Assembly: GCA_963850305.1 (NCBI GenBank)
Contig: CAWKKR010000005.1
Span: 128,001-192,000 of the forward strand
Length of the DNA stretch: 64,000 bases
Source of the DNA: an uncultured delta proteobacterium
GTDB lineage: Bacteria; Myxococcota_A; Polyangia; Polyangiales; Polyangiaceae
Direction of reading: 5' to 3'
Part shown: positions 15,257-24,315 of the stretch, one piece after another
How positions within the stretch are numbered: the first letter of the stretch is position 1
How the letters are laid out: every line of letters begins with the position of its first letter
Position numbers and translations under genes: made by a program
The notes under the pieces: model-generated
What the model was told of the DNA's origin: nothing
Database searches by the model: none
The model's input: only the letters and a program-made list of their open reading frames with translations

Positions 15257-15793
15257 TCATGGTCGGCCCGATGCGTGACCTGAACGTATCCCCCGCGTTT
15301 CAGAGGGGCTCCAGAACGACCGCTTCATCCTGGACGAGCCCACCGAGACTGACCGAGCAGCGGGGCGCGGGAAGCATCTCCCGGGCTCGCGCGGATCAGG
15401 GCAGCAATGACATCCGCTCGGGCACAGGTACTTCGAGCAATCCCCGGCGCAGTACTGCCCGGTGCCGGCGTCGTCACACTTCTCGCCCGCCGCGGCGTTG
15501 ACGACGCCGTCGCCGCAGACGACGGGCGAACAGTCGCCGTCGCAGGTCGCGGTCGCTTTGCCGTCGTCGCAGGTCTCGCCTGCTTCCACGATACCGTCGC
15601 CGCACAGGGGACGCGGATCCCGGTACTGCTTGCAAACGAAGGGCTTCGTCTCGAAGTCGCATGTGACCCGACCACCCTGGCGCTCGGAAAAAACACCGGA
15701 TCCCTCGGGCGGAGGGGGAGCCGAGCGTCGCCGAGGGGGTGTCGATGTGATAGAATCAAAGGTTGGTTCAGCAAGTTGGGTCGATGGCGCCAC
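15257..15793 (-). CDS. Myxococcus cysteine-rich repeat (DUF4215-like) protein or gene fragment
   Basis: Two CGDG(I/V)V...GE.CDD motifs; start uncertain and no signal peptide seen. Confidence 0.5.
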   Translation of the reverse strand: MAPSTQLAEPTFDSITSTPPRRRSAPPPPEGSGVFSERQGGRVTCDFETKPFVCKQYRDPRPLCGDGIVEAGETCDDGKATATCDGDCSPVVCGDGVVNAAAGEKCDDAGTGQYCAGDCSKYLCPSGCHCCPDPREPGRCFPRPAARSVSVGSSRMKRSFWSPSETRGIRSGHASGRP

Positions 15794-15831
15794 TCATCAG
15801 GGGGGCCTTCCCCCTGAAAGCGACGCTTACC

Positions 15832-17790
15832 ATGCGCACCCTCCACATCACTCTCAGTGCGCTCGGCGCGACACTGGCTCTCGGATGCTCACCCGGAAAC
15901 GCTAGTTCGGCTCCGGGGAGGGTGGGGAGCAGCTACGGCGGGGCCACGGCCGGCTCGGGCGGCGGCGGCACTTCGTTCCCGTCCGGCAACGGCGGAGGCC
16001 TGAACCTCGTCACTGTCACGCCCACCGATGCAGGCCAGTCGCCGGGGGTCGTGGCCACGGTCCTCCCGCCGACGAACACGCCCGTGAACATCGACGATTG
16101 CTCGCCGACGAACGCCGCGGGCATGAGCGCGGCGGCGGTTCAGACCCTCGAGGCGGGCAGCGGCGGTCCTGGGGATCTTCAGATCCTCAATCCGTACGAC
16201 GGCACGGTGCTCCCGCGCGGGCTCATCGCGCCGCTCCTGATGTGGAACGGCGGGGCGGGCGCCAACGTCGTCTACCTGCACATCGAGTCGAGTACCTTCG
16301 AATACAAGGGGTGCCTGGTGCCGACCGCGCCGGGCCAGCTCCAGATCCCGCAGGATGTCTGGGACCAGGCAAGCGCCCACACCGGGGGCCCGAGTGATCC
16401 CTTCACGCTCGAGCTCACCACGTCGGCGGGCGGCACCGTGACCGGCCCGGTCACGGAGACGATCATCGTCGCGCAGGCGACGCTCAAGGGAACGATCTTC
16501 TACAACAGCTACAAGTCGAAGCTCGTGCAGCCGACGGACCTCATCGGCGCGTTCACCGGTGGACAGGGTGCCGTGCTTCGTCTCGTGCCCGGCCAGCAAG
16601 CAGACGTGTTCCTCGGGCAAACGACGTGCACGGGGTGCCACGCGGTGTCGGCGAACGGCACGCGCATGGTCGCGTCCCTGATCGGCGGACCGAGTACGAC
16701 GGGTGGCTCCACGTATGCGATTCCGGTGGGCGCGCCCCCGGCCCCGCCGCAACTGGTTCCGAATGCGGTGAGCAGCAGCTTCGTCGGGGTATCGCCGGAC
16801 GGTTCACTCTATCTGTCGAATGCGCATCCGAACGGCATGGGCACACGCACGGGTGCGAGCATCGGGGCGGCCAACGCATCCCTGTACGAGACGGACACCG
16901 GGAACGAGGTTCTGAACTCGGGCCTCCCCGTGGGCGCGATGACGCCGATATTCTCACCGAGCGGCAACTTCATCGCGTTCAACGACTACGCCATCGGCAA
17001 CGGGCACGGCCTGGCCACGATGACGTTCAACCAGAGCGCGCGCACCTTCGGCGGGTACAAGCAGGTCTTCCAGATCGCCGACCAGACGAAGTTTCCCGGC
17101 TGGCCATTCTTCTTGCCGGACGAGAACGGCCTCGTGTTCGCGGTGGGCAGCGCCAGCGACTTCTCGGGCATGGCCACCGGCATCGACGTCGCGGGCATTC
17201 CCTCCGGTGCCAATGCAACCAGCGATCTCTTCATCCTGGATCTCGCGAGCGGCACCTCCACGCTACTCGCCAACGCCATGGGCTTCCGCTCCGCGCAGGA
17301 CGCGCAATCCGGAAACACGTACCTGCCGTTCGGCGCCGAAGAGCTGCACCACACGTTCTACCCGACGGTGTCGCCGGTAGCTGCGGGCGGCTATTTCTGG
17401 ATCTTCTTCGACTCCTACCGTCACTACGGCAACCACTCGGATGGCCTCGTGCGCCAGCTCTGGGGCACGGCGCTCGACATCTCGGCGAACGGCACGTACA
17501 CGACGGACCCGAGTCACCCGGCGTTCTACCTGACGGGTCAAGAAGACGTCGGCGGCAACCATCGCGCGTTCACGGCGCTCGATCCGTGCAAGACCGATGG
17601 CGCCACCTGTACGACCGGCATCGACTGCTGCGGTGGCTTCTGCACGGACGGAGTCTGTGGGGCTCCACCGCCGCCGGTGAGCGGACCGCCTCCGTGCGCC
17701 CAGACCGACGAGAAGTGCACCACGCAGAGCGACTGCTGCACCGCCAGCGACCGGTGCATCAGCGGATTCTGCGGGGAGATCCTGCACTAG
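15832..17790 (+). CDS. Large lipoprotein, probable TolB-like beta-propeller with Cys-rich C-terminus
   Basis: Lipobox LALGC; SPDG, FSPSG and FLPD propeller-blade motifs; CTGCH; C-terminal CC-containing Cys repeats. Confidence 0.75.
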   Translation: MRTLHITLSALGATLALGCSPGNASSAPGRVGSSYGGATAGSGGGGTSFPSGNGGGLNLVTVTPTDAGQSPGVVATVLPPTNTPVNIDDCSPTNAAGMSAAAVQTLEAGSGGPGDLQILNPYDGTVLPRGLIAPLLMWNGGAGANVVYLHIESSTFEYKGCLVPTAPGQLQIPQDVWDQASAHTGGPSDPFTLELTTSAGGTVTGPVTETIIVAQATLKGTIFYNSYKSKLVQPTDLIGAFTGGQGAVLRLVPGQQADVFLGQTTCTGCHAVSANGTRMVASLIGGPSTTGGSTYAIPVGAPPAPPQLVPNAVSSSFVGVSPDGSLYLSNAHPNGMGTRTGASIGAANASLYETDTGNEVLNSGLPVGAMTPIFSPSGNFIAFNDYAIGNGHGLATMTFNQSARTFGGYKQVFQIADQTKFPGWPFFLPDENGLVFAVGSASDFSGMATGIDVAGIPSGANATSDLFILDLASGTSTLLANAMGFRSAQDAQSGNTYLPFGAEELHHTFYPTVSPVAAGGYFWIFFDSYRHYGNHSDGLVRQLWGTALDISANGTYTTDPSHPAFYLTGQEDVGGNHRAFTALDPCKTDGATCTTGIDCCGGFCTDGVCGAPPPPVSGPPPCAQTDEKCTTQSDCCTASDRCISGFCGEILH

Positions 17791-17820
17791 CGCGGCGGTC
17801 GAGCGGAGCGCGGGTCGCGC

Positions 17821-18444
17821 CTATGTCGGCGGCATCAGGCGCTTGCGAAACTCGTCGGTCGTATTGACGTGCGGAAACGGCTCCTCCGGAACCGGGAGAC
17901 CGAGTCCGGTACAGAGCGGTCCCCAGCCGTCCGCAGCGCGCCACTCGACCAGTCGATTTGCCGGGATGCGACGGCGCACTTCCTCGGTGTGCCGCTCGAA
18001 CGCCGCGATCGAGGCGGCTCGATTGTCCACCGCGCCCTCCACGAAGCGCCGGTTCAGGAGATCGGTCACCATGCCCAGCCAGGGCGTGTTCTCGCCTCGG
18101 GCGATCTGCCGACGCAATCCTTCGAAGATGGTCGCGTCCGCGCTCTTCCACCAGCTCGCCGCGTCCCTGAGCGAGAGAAGGACGATGGCGTCCGGAAAGG
18201 CTTCCGCCATTTCCTCGTAGAACGCGGACGCCGGCCAATCGACGGCGGCGACGTAACCGGAGAGCAGCGCCGGAAAGTCGACCTTTTCGCCGCGCGCGGC
18301 CGCGTGCCAGACCGGCACGTGTTCCGGGTGCGGGAACACTTCCACCATGTGATAGCAGGGGCCACCGAGGAGCCGCTCGAGCGCAAGCTTCAGAGAGTGA
18401 GTTCCAGTCCGTCCTAGCCCAGCGCCGACTACACGCATCGCCAT
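17821..18444 (-). CDS. Sulfotransferase-family (P-loop) protein
   Basis: VVGAGLGRTGTHSLKLALERL, CYHM, AAVDWP, GWGPLC..LG..VPEEPFPHVN. Confidence 0.85.
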   Translation of the reverse strand: MAMRVVGAGLGRTGTHSLKLALERLLGGPCYHMVEVFPHPEHVPVWHAAARGEKVDFPALLSGYVAAVDWPASAFYEEMAEAFPDAIVLLSLRDAASWWKSADATIFEGLRRQIARGENTPWLGMVTDLLNRRFVEGAVDNRAASIAAFERHTEEVRRRIPANRLVEWRAADGWGPLCTGLGLPVPEEPFPHVNTTDEFRKRLMPPT

Positions 18445-18579
18445 TTATGGAGCCTCCAGCGCAGGACGGTATCCGTTCGCATCGCGTGCCACAACCCGAG
18501 AAAAAGTCGCGCGCGCCGTCACCTGCGCGATGGACTGGAGCTTCGATCCATTGCCGCCTCTCTGGCGCTCGCGTACTGG

Positions 18580-19521
18580 ATGCGGCGAATGAAGCCGAGC
18601 CCGCGCGCCCCTGAACGCATCGTCTCGTTGCTGGCGAGCGGCACGGAGCTCGTGTGTGCGCTCGGGTTGGGGGACAAGCTCGTCGGACGATCGCACGAGT
18701 GCGATCATCCGGAGTGGGTCAAGCGCCTGCCGCAGGTGAGCCGGCCGACGTTCGACGTGACCGGCTCGAGCCACGACATCGACGAGCTCGTGCGGCAGCG
18801 CCTGCATGCGGGCGACCCTCTTTACGTCGTCGACGAGGCGCTGCTGACGTCGCTCGCGCCGGACGTCGTCATCACGCAGACGCACTGCGAGGTCTGCGCC
18901 GTGAGTCCCGCCAATCTCGCGCACGGCGGCGCGCCCCGGCTCGTGCGTGAGCGCGTCGTCGCGCTTCACGCGAGCACGCTCGACGGCATCCTGGACGATT
19001 TCATGGACGTGGCGCGAGTGCTCGCCCGGGTGGACGCCGGACGCGCGCTCGTCGAGCGAGAGCGCGCCCGTCTCGCAGCCGTCGAGGCGCGCACGCGCTC
19101 GCTCGAAAGGCCGCGCGTCGTCTGTCTCGAGTGGGCGGACCCCGTCTTCGCGATGAGCAACTGGGGACCGGAGCTCGTCGAGTTCGCAGGGGGCGAGAAC
19201 ACGCTCGGCGCTCCCGGCGCCCATTCCACGACGATTCCCTGGAACACCGTTGCGGATGTGGACCCCGATGTGCTCGTGCTGGCGCCCTGCGGGTTCGGTC
19301 TCGAGCGCGCGCTCCGTGAGATGCCGCTGCTCGAGCGCCAGCCCCGGTGGGGCGAGCTTCGAGCGGTGAAAGAGAAGCGCGTGTTCGTCGCGGACGGCAA
19401 TCTCTACTTCAACCGCTCCGGTCCCAGCGTCTTCGAGACCGCCGAGATTCTCGCGGAGATCCTTCACCCCGGGGCGTTCCCCCCGGAGCACGAGGGGCGC
19501 GCCTGGAAGTCCTGGGGCTGA
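18580..19521 (+). CDS. BtuF-like (cobalamin/iron-siderophore family) substrate-binding protein
   Basis: RIVSLLASGTELVCALG...VGRSHECDHP, PDVVITQ..CEVCAV, DGNLYFNRSGP. Confidence 0.85.
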   Translation: MRRMKPSPRAPERIVSLLASGTELVCALGLGDKLVGRSHECDHPEWVKRLPQVSRPTFDVTGSSHDIDELVRQRLHAGDPLYVVDEALLTSLAPDVVITQTHCEVCAVSPANLAHGGAPRLVRERVVALHASTLDGILDDFMDVARVLARVDAGRALVERERARLAAVEARTRSLERPRVVCLEWADPVFAMSNWGPELVEFAGGENTLGAPGAHSTTIPWNTVADVDPDVLVLAPCGFGLERALREMPLLERQPRWGELRAVKEKRVFVADGNLYFNRSGPSVFETAEILAEILHPGAFPPEHEGRAWKSWG

Positions 19522-19587
19522 GCCTGTGCCACGCTTGTCGTGGGCTCGTCGATGCCCTAGGCACTCCTCTCAACCAGGGAGAGTGAC

Positions 19588-20235
19588 ATGAGCAAAGTCG
19601 CGGTATTGGGTTCCGGGCAGGTCGGGCAGGTCCTTGCGGATGGCTTCCTGAAGCACGGGCACGCCGTGATGCGAGCGAGTCGGGATCCGGCGAAGCTCGC
19701 GGCGTGGAAAGCGGGAGCAGGAGCGAAGGCGAGCACGGGCACCTTCGCGGAAGCGGCCAAGTGGGGCGACCTCGTCGTGCTCGCCGTGAAAGGCGCCGCT
19801 GCGGAGCAGGTCGTCGAGCAAGCGGGGGTGGGGAACCTCGCCGGCAAGGTCGTTCTCGACACGACCAACCCCATTGCCGAATCGCCGCCGCAAAATGGCG
19901 TCCTCCGCTTCTTCACGAACCTCGACGAATCGCTCATGGAGCGACTTCAGAAAAAAGCCCCCGCCGCACATTTCGTGAAGGCCTTCTCCTGCGTGGGGAG
20001 CGCGCTCATGGTCGACCCCGTCCTTTCCGGTGGACCTCCGACGATGTTCATCTGCGGCAGCAACCCCGGAGCAAAGGCGACGGCGCGTGAGCTCCTGACC
20101 CAGTTCGGGTGGGAAACGGCGGACATGGGTGCGATAGAAGCCGCGCGCGCCATAGAGCCCTTGTGCATCCTCTGGTGCATCCCCGGCATGACCGGCGGCG
20201 GCTGGACCCACGCCTTCAAGCTCCTGCGGTCCTAG
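19588..20235 (+). CDS. NADPH-dependent F420 reductase / NADP oxidoreductase family protein
   Basis: Rossmann GSGQVG, DTTNP, VKAF, MFICG, AARAIEPL. Confidence 0.85.
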   Translation: MSKVAVLGSGQVGQVLADGFLKHGHAVMRASRDPAKLAAWKAGAGAKASTGTFAEAAKWGDLVVLAVKGAAAEQVVEQAGVGNLAGKVVLDTTNPIAESPPQNGVLRFFTNLDESLMERLQKKAPAAHFVKAFSCVGSALMVDPVLSGGPPTMFICGSNPGAKATARELLTQFGWETADMGAIEAARAIEPLCILWCIPGMTGGGWTHAFKLLRS

Positions 20236-20378
20236 ACCAACCCTCGCTCCACGCGAGCCGACAGGCAGGGCCCCGTCGGCCGCCGAGACCACGATCGGCC
20301 AAAAAAGGGCGCGTGAGAAATGCCGGCATGGCCGGCGAGGGCCGCTCGCAGATAGCGAACGACGCGATGCGGGCTAGT

Positions 20379-20426
20379 CAAAGAGTCAAAGAGCCAAAGA
20401 GCCAAAGAGCCAAAGAGCCAAAGAGC
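20379..20426. repeat. 8-bp tandem repeat (CAAAGAGC)x6
   Basis: CAAAGAGT followed by five CAAAGAGC, intergenic. Confidence 0.95.
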
Positions 20427-20498
20427 CCTAGTAAATGGCCGCCTCGCCAGGCTACGCTCGAGAGTCCGTCTTTAGCATCGGATCAAGGAGCCCTGGCA

Positions 20499-21080
20499 AT
20501 GCACAGAGTGATGGTGGGAGCGGTACTGGCGAGTGTGATTGGGGGCACGTGGGGATGCGTGCCGCGTCTAGCAACAGAGGAGGAACGCGTATTTTCCGCG
20601 CGATCCGTCGTGAATGTGGCGCCCGGGTCGTCGCCGCCGCTCGTGGGGACGTATGATTTCGACTTGCTCGGCGATGCGCAGGGACAAGCCTGCGCGGAAT
20701 GGGGCGACATGAACAAGCTCGGATTCCGGCAGATCCTCGTCGACGGACACCCGGCCATCTACACGGCCGCGGTCGCTGGCGCGACCTTCGACAGCGACGA
20801 TCCCCTCGTCCGGCAAGCGGAGTCGGCGGCCGTGTTCAACGCGCTCAGCAAGCTGAACGGCGCAGATCTGATGTTCGTCACGCGATCGTCGTTGACCTCG
20901 GACACGGCGGAAAAGCTCTGCGCGACGGTCTGGGGGCAGATCGTTCGATTGAAGAAGGGGCCAACGCTGTCGCCGAAGGCCATCGCAGAGCTGCCGGCGA
21001 CCATGCCGTCGCCGTCGCCGGCGCCAGGCACGGCACCGCCGCCCCCGCCGGCCGCCGCGCCCGCGCCCGCCGCTCAGTAG
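20499..21080 (+). CDS. Hypothetical lipoprotein with Pro/Ala-rich tail
   Basis: AAGGAG RBS; signal peptide ending TWGC; two further Cys. Confidence 0.7.
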   Translation: MHRVMVGAVLASVIGGTWGCVPRLATEEERVFSARSVVNVAPGSSPPLVGTYDFDLLGDAQGQACAEWGDMNKLGFRQILVDGHPAIYTAAVAGATFDSDDPLVRQAESAAVFNALSKLNGADLMFVTRSSLTSDTAEKLCATVWGQIVRLKKGPTLSPKAIAELPATMPSPSPAPGTAPPPPPAAAPAPAAQ

Positions 21081-21210
21081 ATGCCCATCGGCGAGAGCGC
21101 CTTCCCCGAAGCATGAAGCTCGGGTCGTCGCGTGGACGGTGGAGTCGAGTGTATCCTGCCGCGGCGTCGGGAACGAGGTCGGCCGTGACTTGGTGCCAAG
21201 AACCCGTTCA

Positions 21211-21344
21211 GTAGTTCCGCATCGACGAGCAGCGTCGTCCCCGAGGAATGAAAGCGGTGCGGAACTACCGAGCGCAGCGAGTACCGGGGGGAGGGGTTGC
21301 GTAGCAAGCCCCGGGGGGCGGGCAACGCCCCCCTTTCCTAGTAG
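21211..21344. repeat. Modular REP-like element copy 2 (reverse orientation): GTAG module 21211-21268 plus one variant unit
   Basis: GTAGTTCCGCA...TGCGGAACTAC, then hairpins GGGGTTGC-GTA-GCAAGCCCC and GGGGGGCG-GGCAA-CGCCCCCC. Confidence 0.85.
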
Positions 21345-21459
21345 ATGGACCCGGAGCCCTGCGAGCACCCCGAATTGTGACCACGGGTCGAAAGATTCCG
21401 GGAGCACGCCTAGTAGACTTCGATGACGAGGGCTCCTCTCGACGCGCCGAAAGGAGGAG
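21345..21459 (+). ncRNA. Candidate IS110 bridge/seek RNA region
   Basis: Stem GGAGCCCT (21353-60)/AGGGCTCC (21429-36), inner CCCGAAT/ATTCCGGG and GACC/GGTC stems; loop contains CCTAGTAGA (21409-17), identical to the element junction. Confidence 0.55.
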
Positions 21460-21465
21460 ATGGTC

Positions 21466-22692
21466 ATGGAAGTCATGTATCCCCGTTGCGCGGGCCTCGA
21501 CGTCCACAAGGATAGCGTCGTTGCCTGCGTGCGCTGCGTCAGCGAACCAACGCGGCGCGAGGTCCGAACGTTCGGCACGACCACACGTAGCCTCTTCGAG
21601 CTGGCGGAATGGCTCGAGGAGCACGGCGTGACCCACGTGGCGATGGAGGCCACCGGCGTGTACTGGAAGCCGGTCTGGCACATGCTCGAAGGGAGCTTCG
21701 AACTCGTGCTCGCGAACGCCCAGCACATTCGCAACGTGCCAGGGCGCAAGACCGACGTGAACGACGCGACGTGGATCGCCGATCTGCTCGCGCACGGGCT
21801 GATCCGCAGCAGTTTCGTGCCTCCTGCGCGAATCCAGGAGCTGCGCGATCTCACTCGAACGCGCAAGCAGCTCGTGCGAGAAATCGCCCAGCACACGCTG
21901 CGCATACAGAAAACGCTCGAGGACTCGAACATCAAGGTCGCGAGCGTCCTGTCCAGCGTGCTCGGGACCAGCGGCCGGGCGATGCTCGCCGCTCTCATCG
22001 CCGGAGAAGATGACCCCGAGCGCCTTGCCGATCTCGCGGTCGGTACCGCGCGCAAGAAGAGGGCCGACTTGATCGAAGCGCTGCGCGGGCGGGTTACCCC
22101 TCATCACCGAGCCATGCTGAAGCTGCATCTCGGCGTCATCGGCTCGCTCGAAGGGGCCCTGGCCGAGATCGATGCAGCTGCGGGAAAAGCGCTGGAGCCG
22201 ATCCGGGCGCACGCCGAGATCCTGACGACGATGCCGGGAGTGAGTGACATCGTCGCGAACGTGATCGTGGCGGAGATCGGCGTCGACATGTCGCGCTTCC
22301 CGTCTGCGGGACACCTCGTGTCCTGGGCCGGCCTCTGCCCCCGCAACGACGAGAGCGCCGGCAAGCGTCGCTCGACGCGCGTCCGCAAGAGCGCCAACTG
22401 GCTCAAGACGACGCTCGTCACATCCGCCTGGGCCGCGGTGCGCACGAAGGAAAGCTACCTTCGAGCCCAGTTTCTCCGGCTCAAGTCCCGCCGTGGAGCA
22501 AAGAAGGCGATCTTGGCCGTCGCCGCATCGATGCTCACCGCCGCCTTCTACATGCTCCGCGACGGCACTCCCTACCGCGACCTCGGACCCCATCACTTCG
22601 ACCGCCGCGACCAGAGCAAGACCATCAAACGCCTCGTCCGCCGCTTGACCGACCTCGGCTGCGAAGTCGAGATCAAACCTCATGCGGCGTAG
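21466..22692 (+). CDS. IS110-family DEDD recombinase/transposase
   Basis: CAGLDVHK, VAMEATGVYW, GRKTDVNDA (DEDD) and C-terminal WAGLCPRNDESAGK containing the conserved Ser; RBS AAGGAGGAG favours ATG 21466. Confidence 0.96.
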   Translation: MEVMYPRCAGLDVHKDSVVACVRCVSEPTRREVRTFGTTTRSLFELAEWLEEHGVTHVAMEATGVYWKPVWHMLEGSFELVLANAQHIRNVPGRKTDVNDATWIADLLAHGLIRSSFVPPARIQELRDLTRTRKQLVREIAQHTLRIQKTLEDSNIKVASVLSSVLGTSGRAMLAALIAGEDDPERLADLAVGTARKKRADLIEALRGRVTPHHRAMLKLHLGVIGSLEGALAEIDAAAGKALEPIRAHAEILTTMPGVSDIVANVIVAEIGVDMSRFPSAGHLVSWAGLCPRNDESAGKRRSTRVRKSANWLKTTLVTSAWAAVRTKESYLRAQFLRLKSRRGAKKAILAVAASMLTAAFYMLRDGTPYRDLGPHHFDRRDQSKTIKRLVRRLTDLGCEVEIKPHAA

Positions 22693-22701
22693 AGCTTCCT
22701 A

Positions 22702-23111
22702 GTAGTTCCGCACCGACGAGCACCGTCGTCCCCGAGGGATCAAAGAGCTGCGGAACTACGCGAGCGCAGCGAGCGCGCCGAAGGCGGCGGGGGAGCGGTC
22801 GCGGAGCGAGCCGCGGGGGTCAAGACCCCCTTGCGAACACGAGCCCGCCGAAGGCGGCGGGGGAGCGGTTGCGAAGCAAGCCGCGGGGGTCAAGACCCCC
22901 TTGCGAACACGAGCGCGCCGAAGGCGGCGGGGGAGCGGTCGCGAAGCGAGCCGCGGGGGTCAAGACCCCCTTGCGAACACGAGCGCGCCGAAGGCGGCGG
23001 GGGAGCGGTCGCGAAGCGAGCCGCGGGGGTCAAGACCCCCTTGCGAACACGAGCCCGCCGAAGGCGGCGGGGGAGCGGTCGCGAAGCAAGCCGCGGGGGT
23101 CAAGACCCCCC
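22702..23111. repeat. Modular REP-like element copy 3 (reverse orientation): GTAG module 22702-22759 plus five 70-bp units
   Basis: CAAGACCCCC recurs at 22821, 22891, 22961, 23031 and 23101. Confidence 0.92.
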
Positions 23112-23148
23112 TTGAGCAGCCCTGGCCGGGTAAGGACCTCGCTGCAGT

Positions 23149-24138
23149 TCAGTACGGCGCCTCGCCGATGTAGTTGCCGGCGGGGCTGTAGTTGCAGATC
23201 CAGATGTCTTCTTGGAACGCGCCGTCCTGGCAGGTCGAGACGCCGCAGCCGAGCTGGGTGCTGTTCCGCCAAACGATCTGCGTGTAATGGCCGCACCCGT
23301 CGCTGTTGAGCGCCTCGTAGCACGTCGGATTGCATTGCTCGGTCCCGGAGATCGTCCCGTACGTCCAGCACGACTCCTCCGCGGCCCAGCCGCTCACGGC
23401 TTGCTGCGCCGTACTTCCGTTGCCGCCGGCATACCTGAAGACGGCGAGGTTTTCTCCGTACCCCACCTGCTCGAGTTCTTGCTCCGTGCGGTGGTGCGGG
23501 CTGGCGCAGTCGGTCTGCGCGAGGCTATCGGCCCATTGCTGTGCATACGCGGCGATCGTCGGTGACCACGTGAGCGGTGGCAACGGTGTCGAAGTCTGGA
23601 CCGCCGCGCGCACGGCGTTGTGTGCGGCCGTGATACCGGCGAGCCGTCCCGTTTCGGGATCACCGCCACTCGACCCGCCGGTGCCGGCACCCCCCGCCCC
23701 AGCGCCACCGTTGCCGATCGCGCCACCGTTGCCGATCGCGCCACCGTTGCCGATCGCGCCACCGTTGCCGATCGCGCCACCGTTGCCGGAGCCGATCGCG
23801 CCACCGTTGCCGATCGCGCCGCCGTTGCCGATCGCGCCACCGTTGCCGGAGCCGATCGCGCCACCGTTGCCGGAGCCGATCGCGCCACCGCTGCCGATCG
23901 CGCCACCGTTGCCGGAGCCGATCGCGCCACCGTTGCCGATCGCGCCGCCGTTCCCGGAGGCGTTCGCACCACCATTACCGACTGCGCCCCCGTTTCCACC
24001 GAACACCATCGCGCCGCCCTGACTTCCGTTCCCGAGTTGCGATGGCGGCGGGCTCGCGCCGTCCGCGCTGCACGCGACGGCGCCCAAAGTGCACCCGGCG
24101 GCCACTACCGCGCACCACAGTCGAGACGTCTGCGCCAT
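23149..24138 (-). CDS. CAP/SCP (PR-1-like) domain lipoprotein with GNGGAI repeat linker
   Basis: AHNAVRA, LTWSPTIA..AQQWA, YGENLA, CGHYTQIVW...LGCG, ICNYSPAGN; lipobox AVAC; start could also be 24150. Confidence 0.9.
   Translation of the reverse strand: MAQTSRLWCAVVAAGCTLGAVACSADGASPPPSQLGNGSQGGAMVFGGNGGAVGNGGANASGNGGAIGNGGAIGSGNGGAIGSGGAIGSGNGGAIGSGNGGAIGNGGAIGNGGAIGSGNGGAIGNGGAIGNGGAIGNGGAIGNGGAGAGGAGTGGSSGGDPETGRLAGITAAHNAVRAAVQTSTPLPPLTWSPTIAAYAQQWADSLAQTDCASPHHRTEQELEQVGYGENLAVFRYAGGNGSTAQQAVSGWAAEESCWTYGTISGTEQCNPTCYEALNSDGCGHYTQIVWRNSTQLGCGVSTCQDGAFQEDIWICNYSPAGNYIGEAPY
23700..23955 (-). repeat. Intragenic 18/24-bp tandem repeats encoding (GS)GNGGAI
   Basis: Repeated GCGCCACCGTTGCCGATC on the plus strand. 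Confidence 0.9.
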
Positions 24139-24315
24139 CACACACCTCATGGCAAAAGAAGAGGCCCGACTCTAGCGAGCCATCGCTTGATCCGACATCG
24201 ACAAATCCAATTTTGCTTCGGGACGACAGTGACGGCGGAGACGTTTCAGCGGAGCGCAACGCGAGGGCGTGCTGGTGTGAAATGCCGTCCGAAGTGCAAT
24301 CCCGGGAGCCGGTGG

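Larger units (their letters stand above)
21345..22705 (+). mobile_element. IS110-family element inserted in the repeat family
   Basis: TTCCTAGTAG at 21335-21344 and 22696-22705; no terminal inverted repeats; long left and very short right non-coding ends. The crossover point within the 10-bp duplication is ambiguous. Confidence 0.88.

Noticed and set aside
18580..19521. A B12 uptake locus or cobalamin riboswitch around the BtuF-like gene
   Set aside because: No permease, ATPase or TonB receptor is adjacent, and no riboswitch consensus is seen in the short upstream gap.
21211..21268. GTAG module as a hammerhead ribozyme (CGACGA...GAAA resemblance, three-way junction)
   Set aside because: The CUGANGA core is not intact, GAAA is CAAA in other copies, and no stem III with a cleavage site can be formed.
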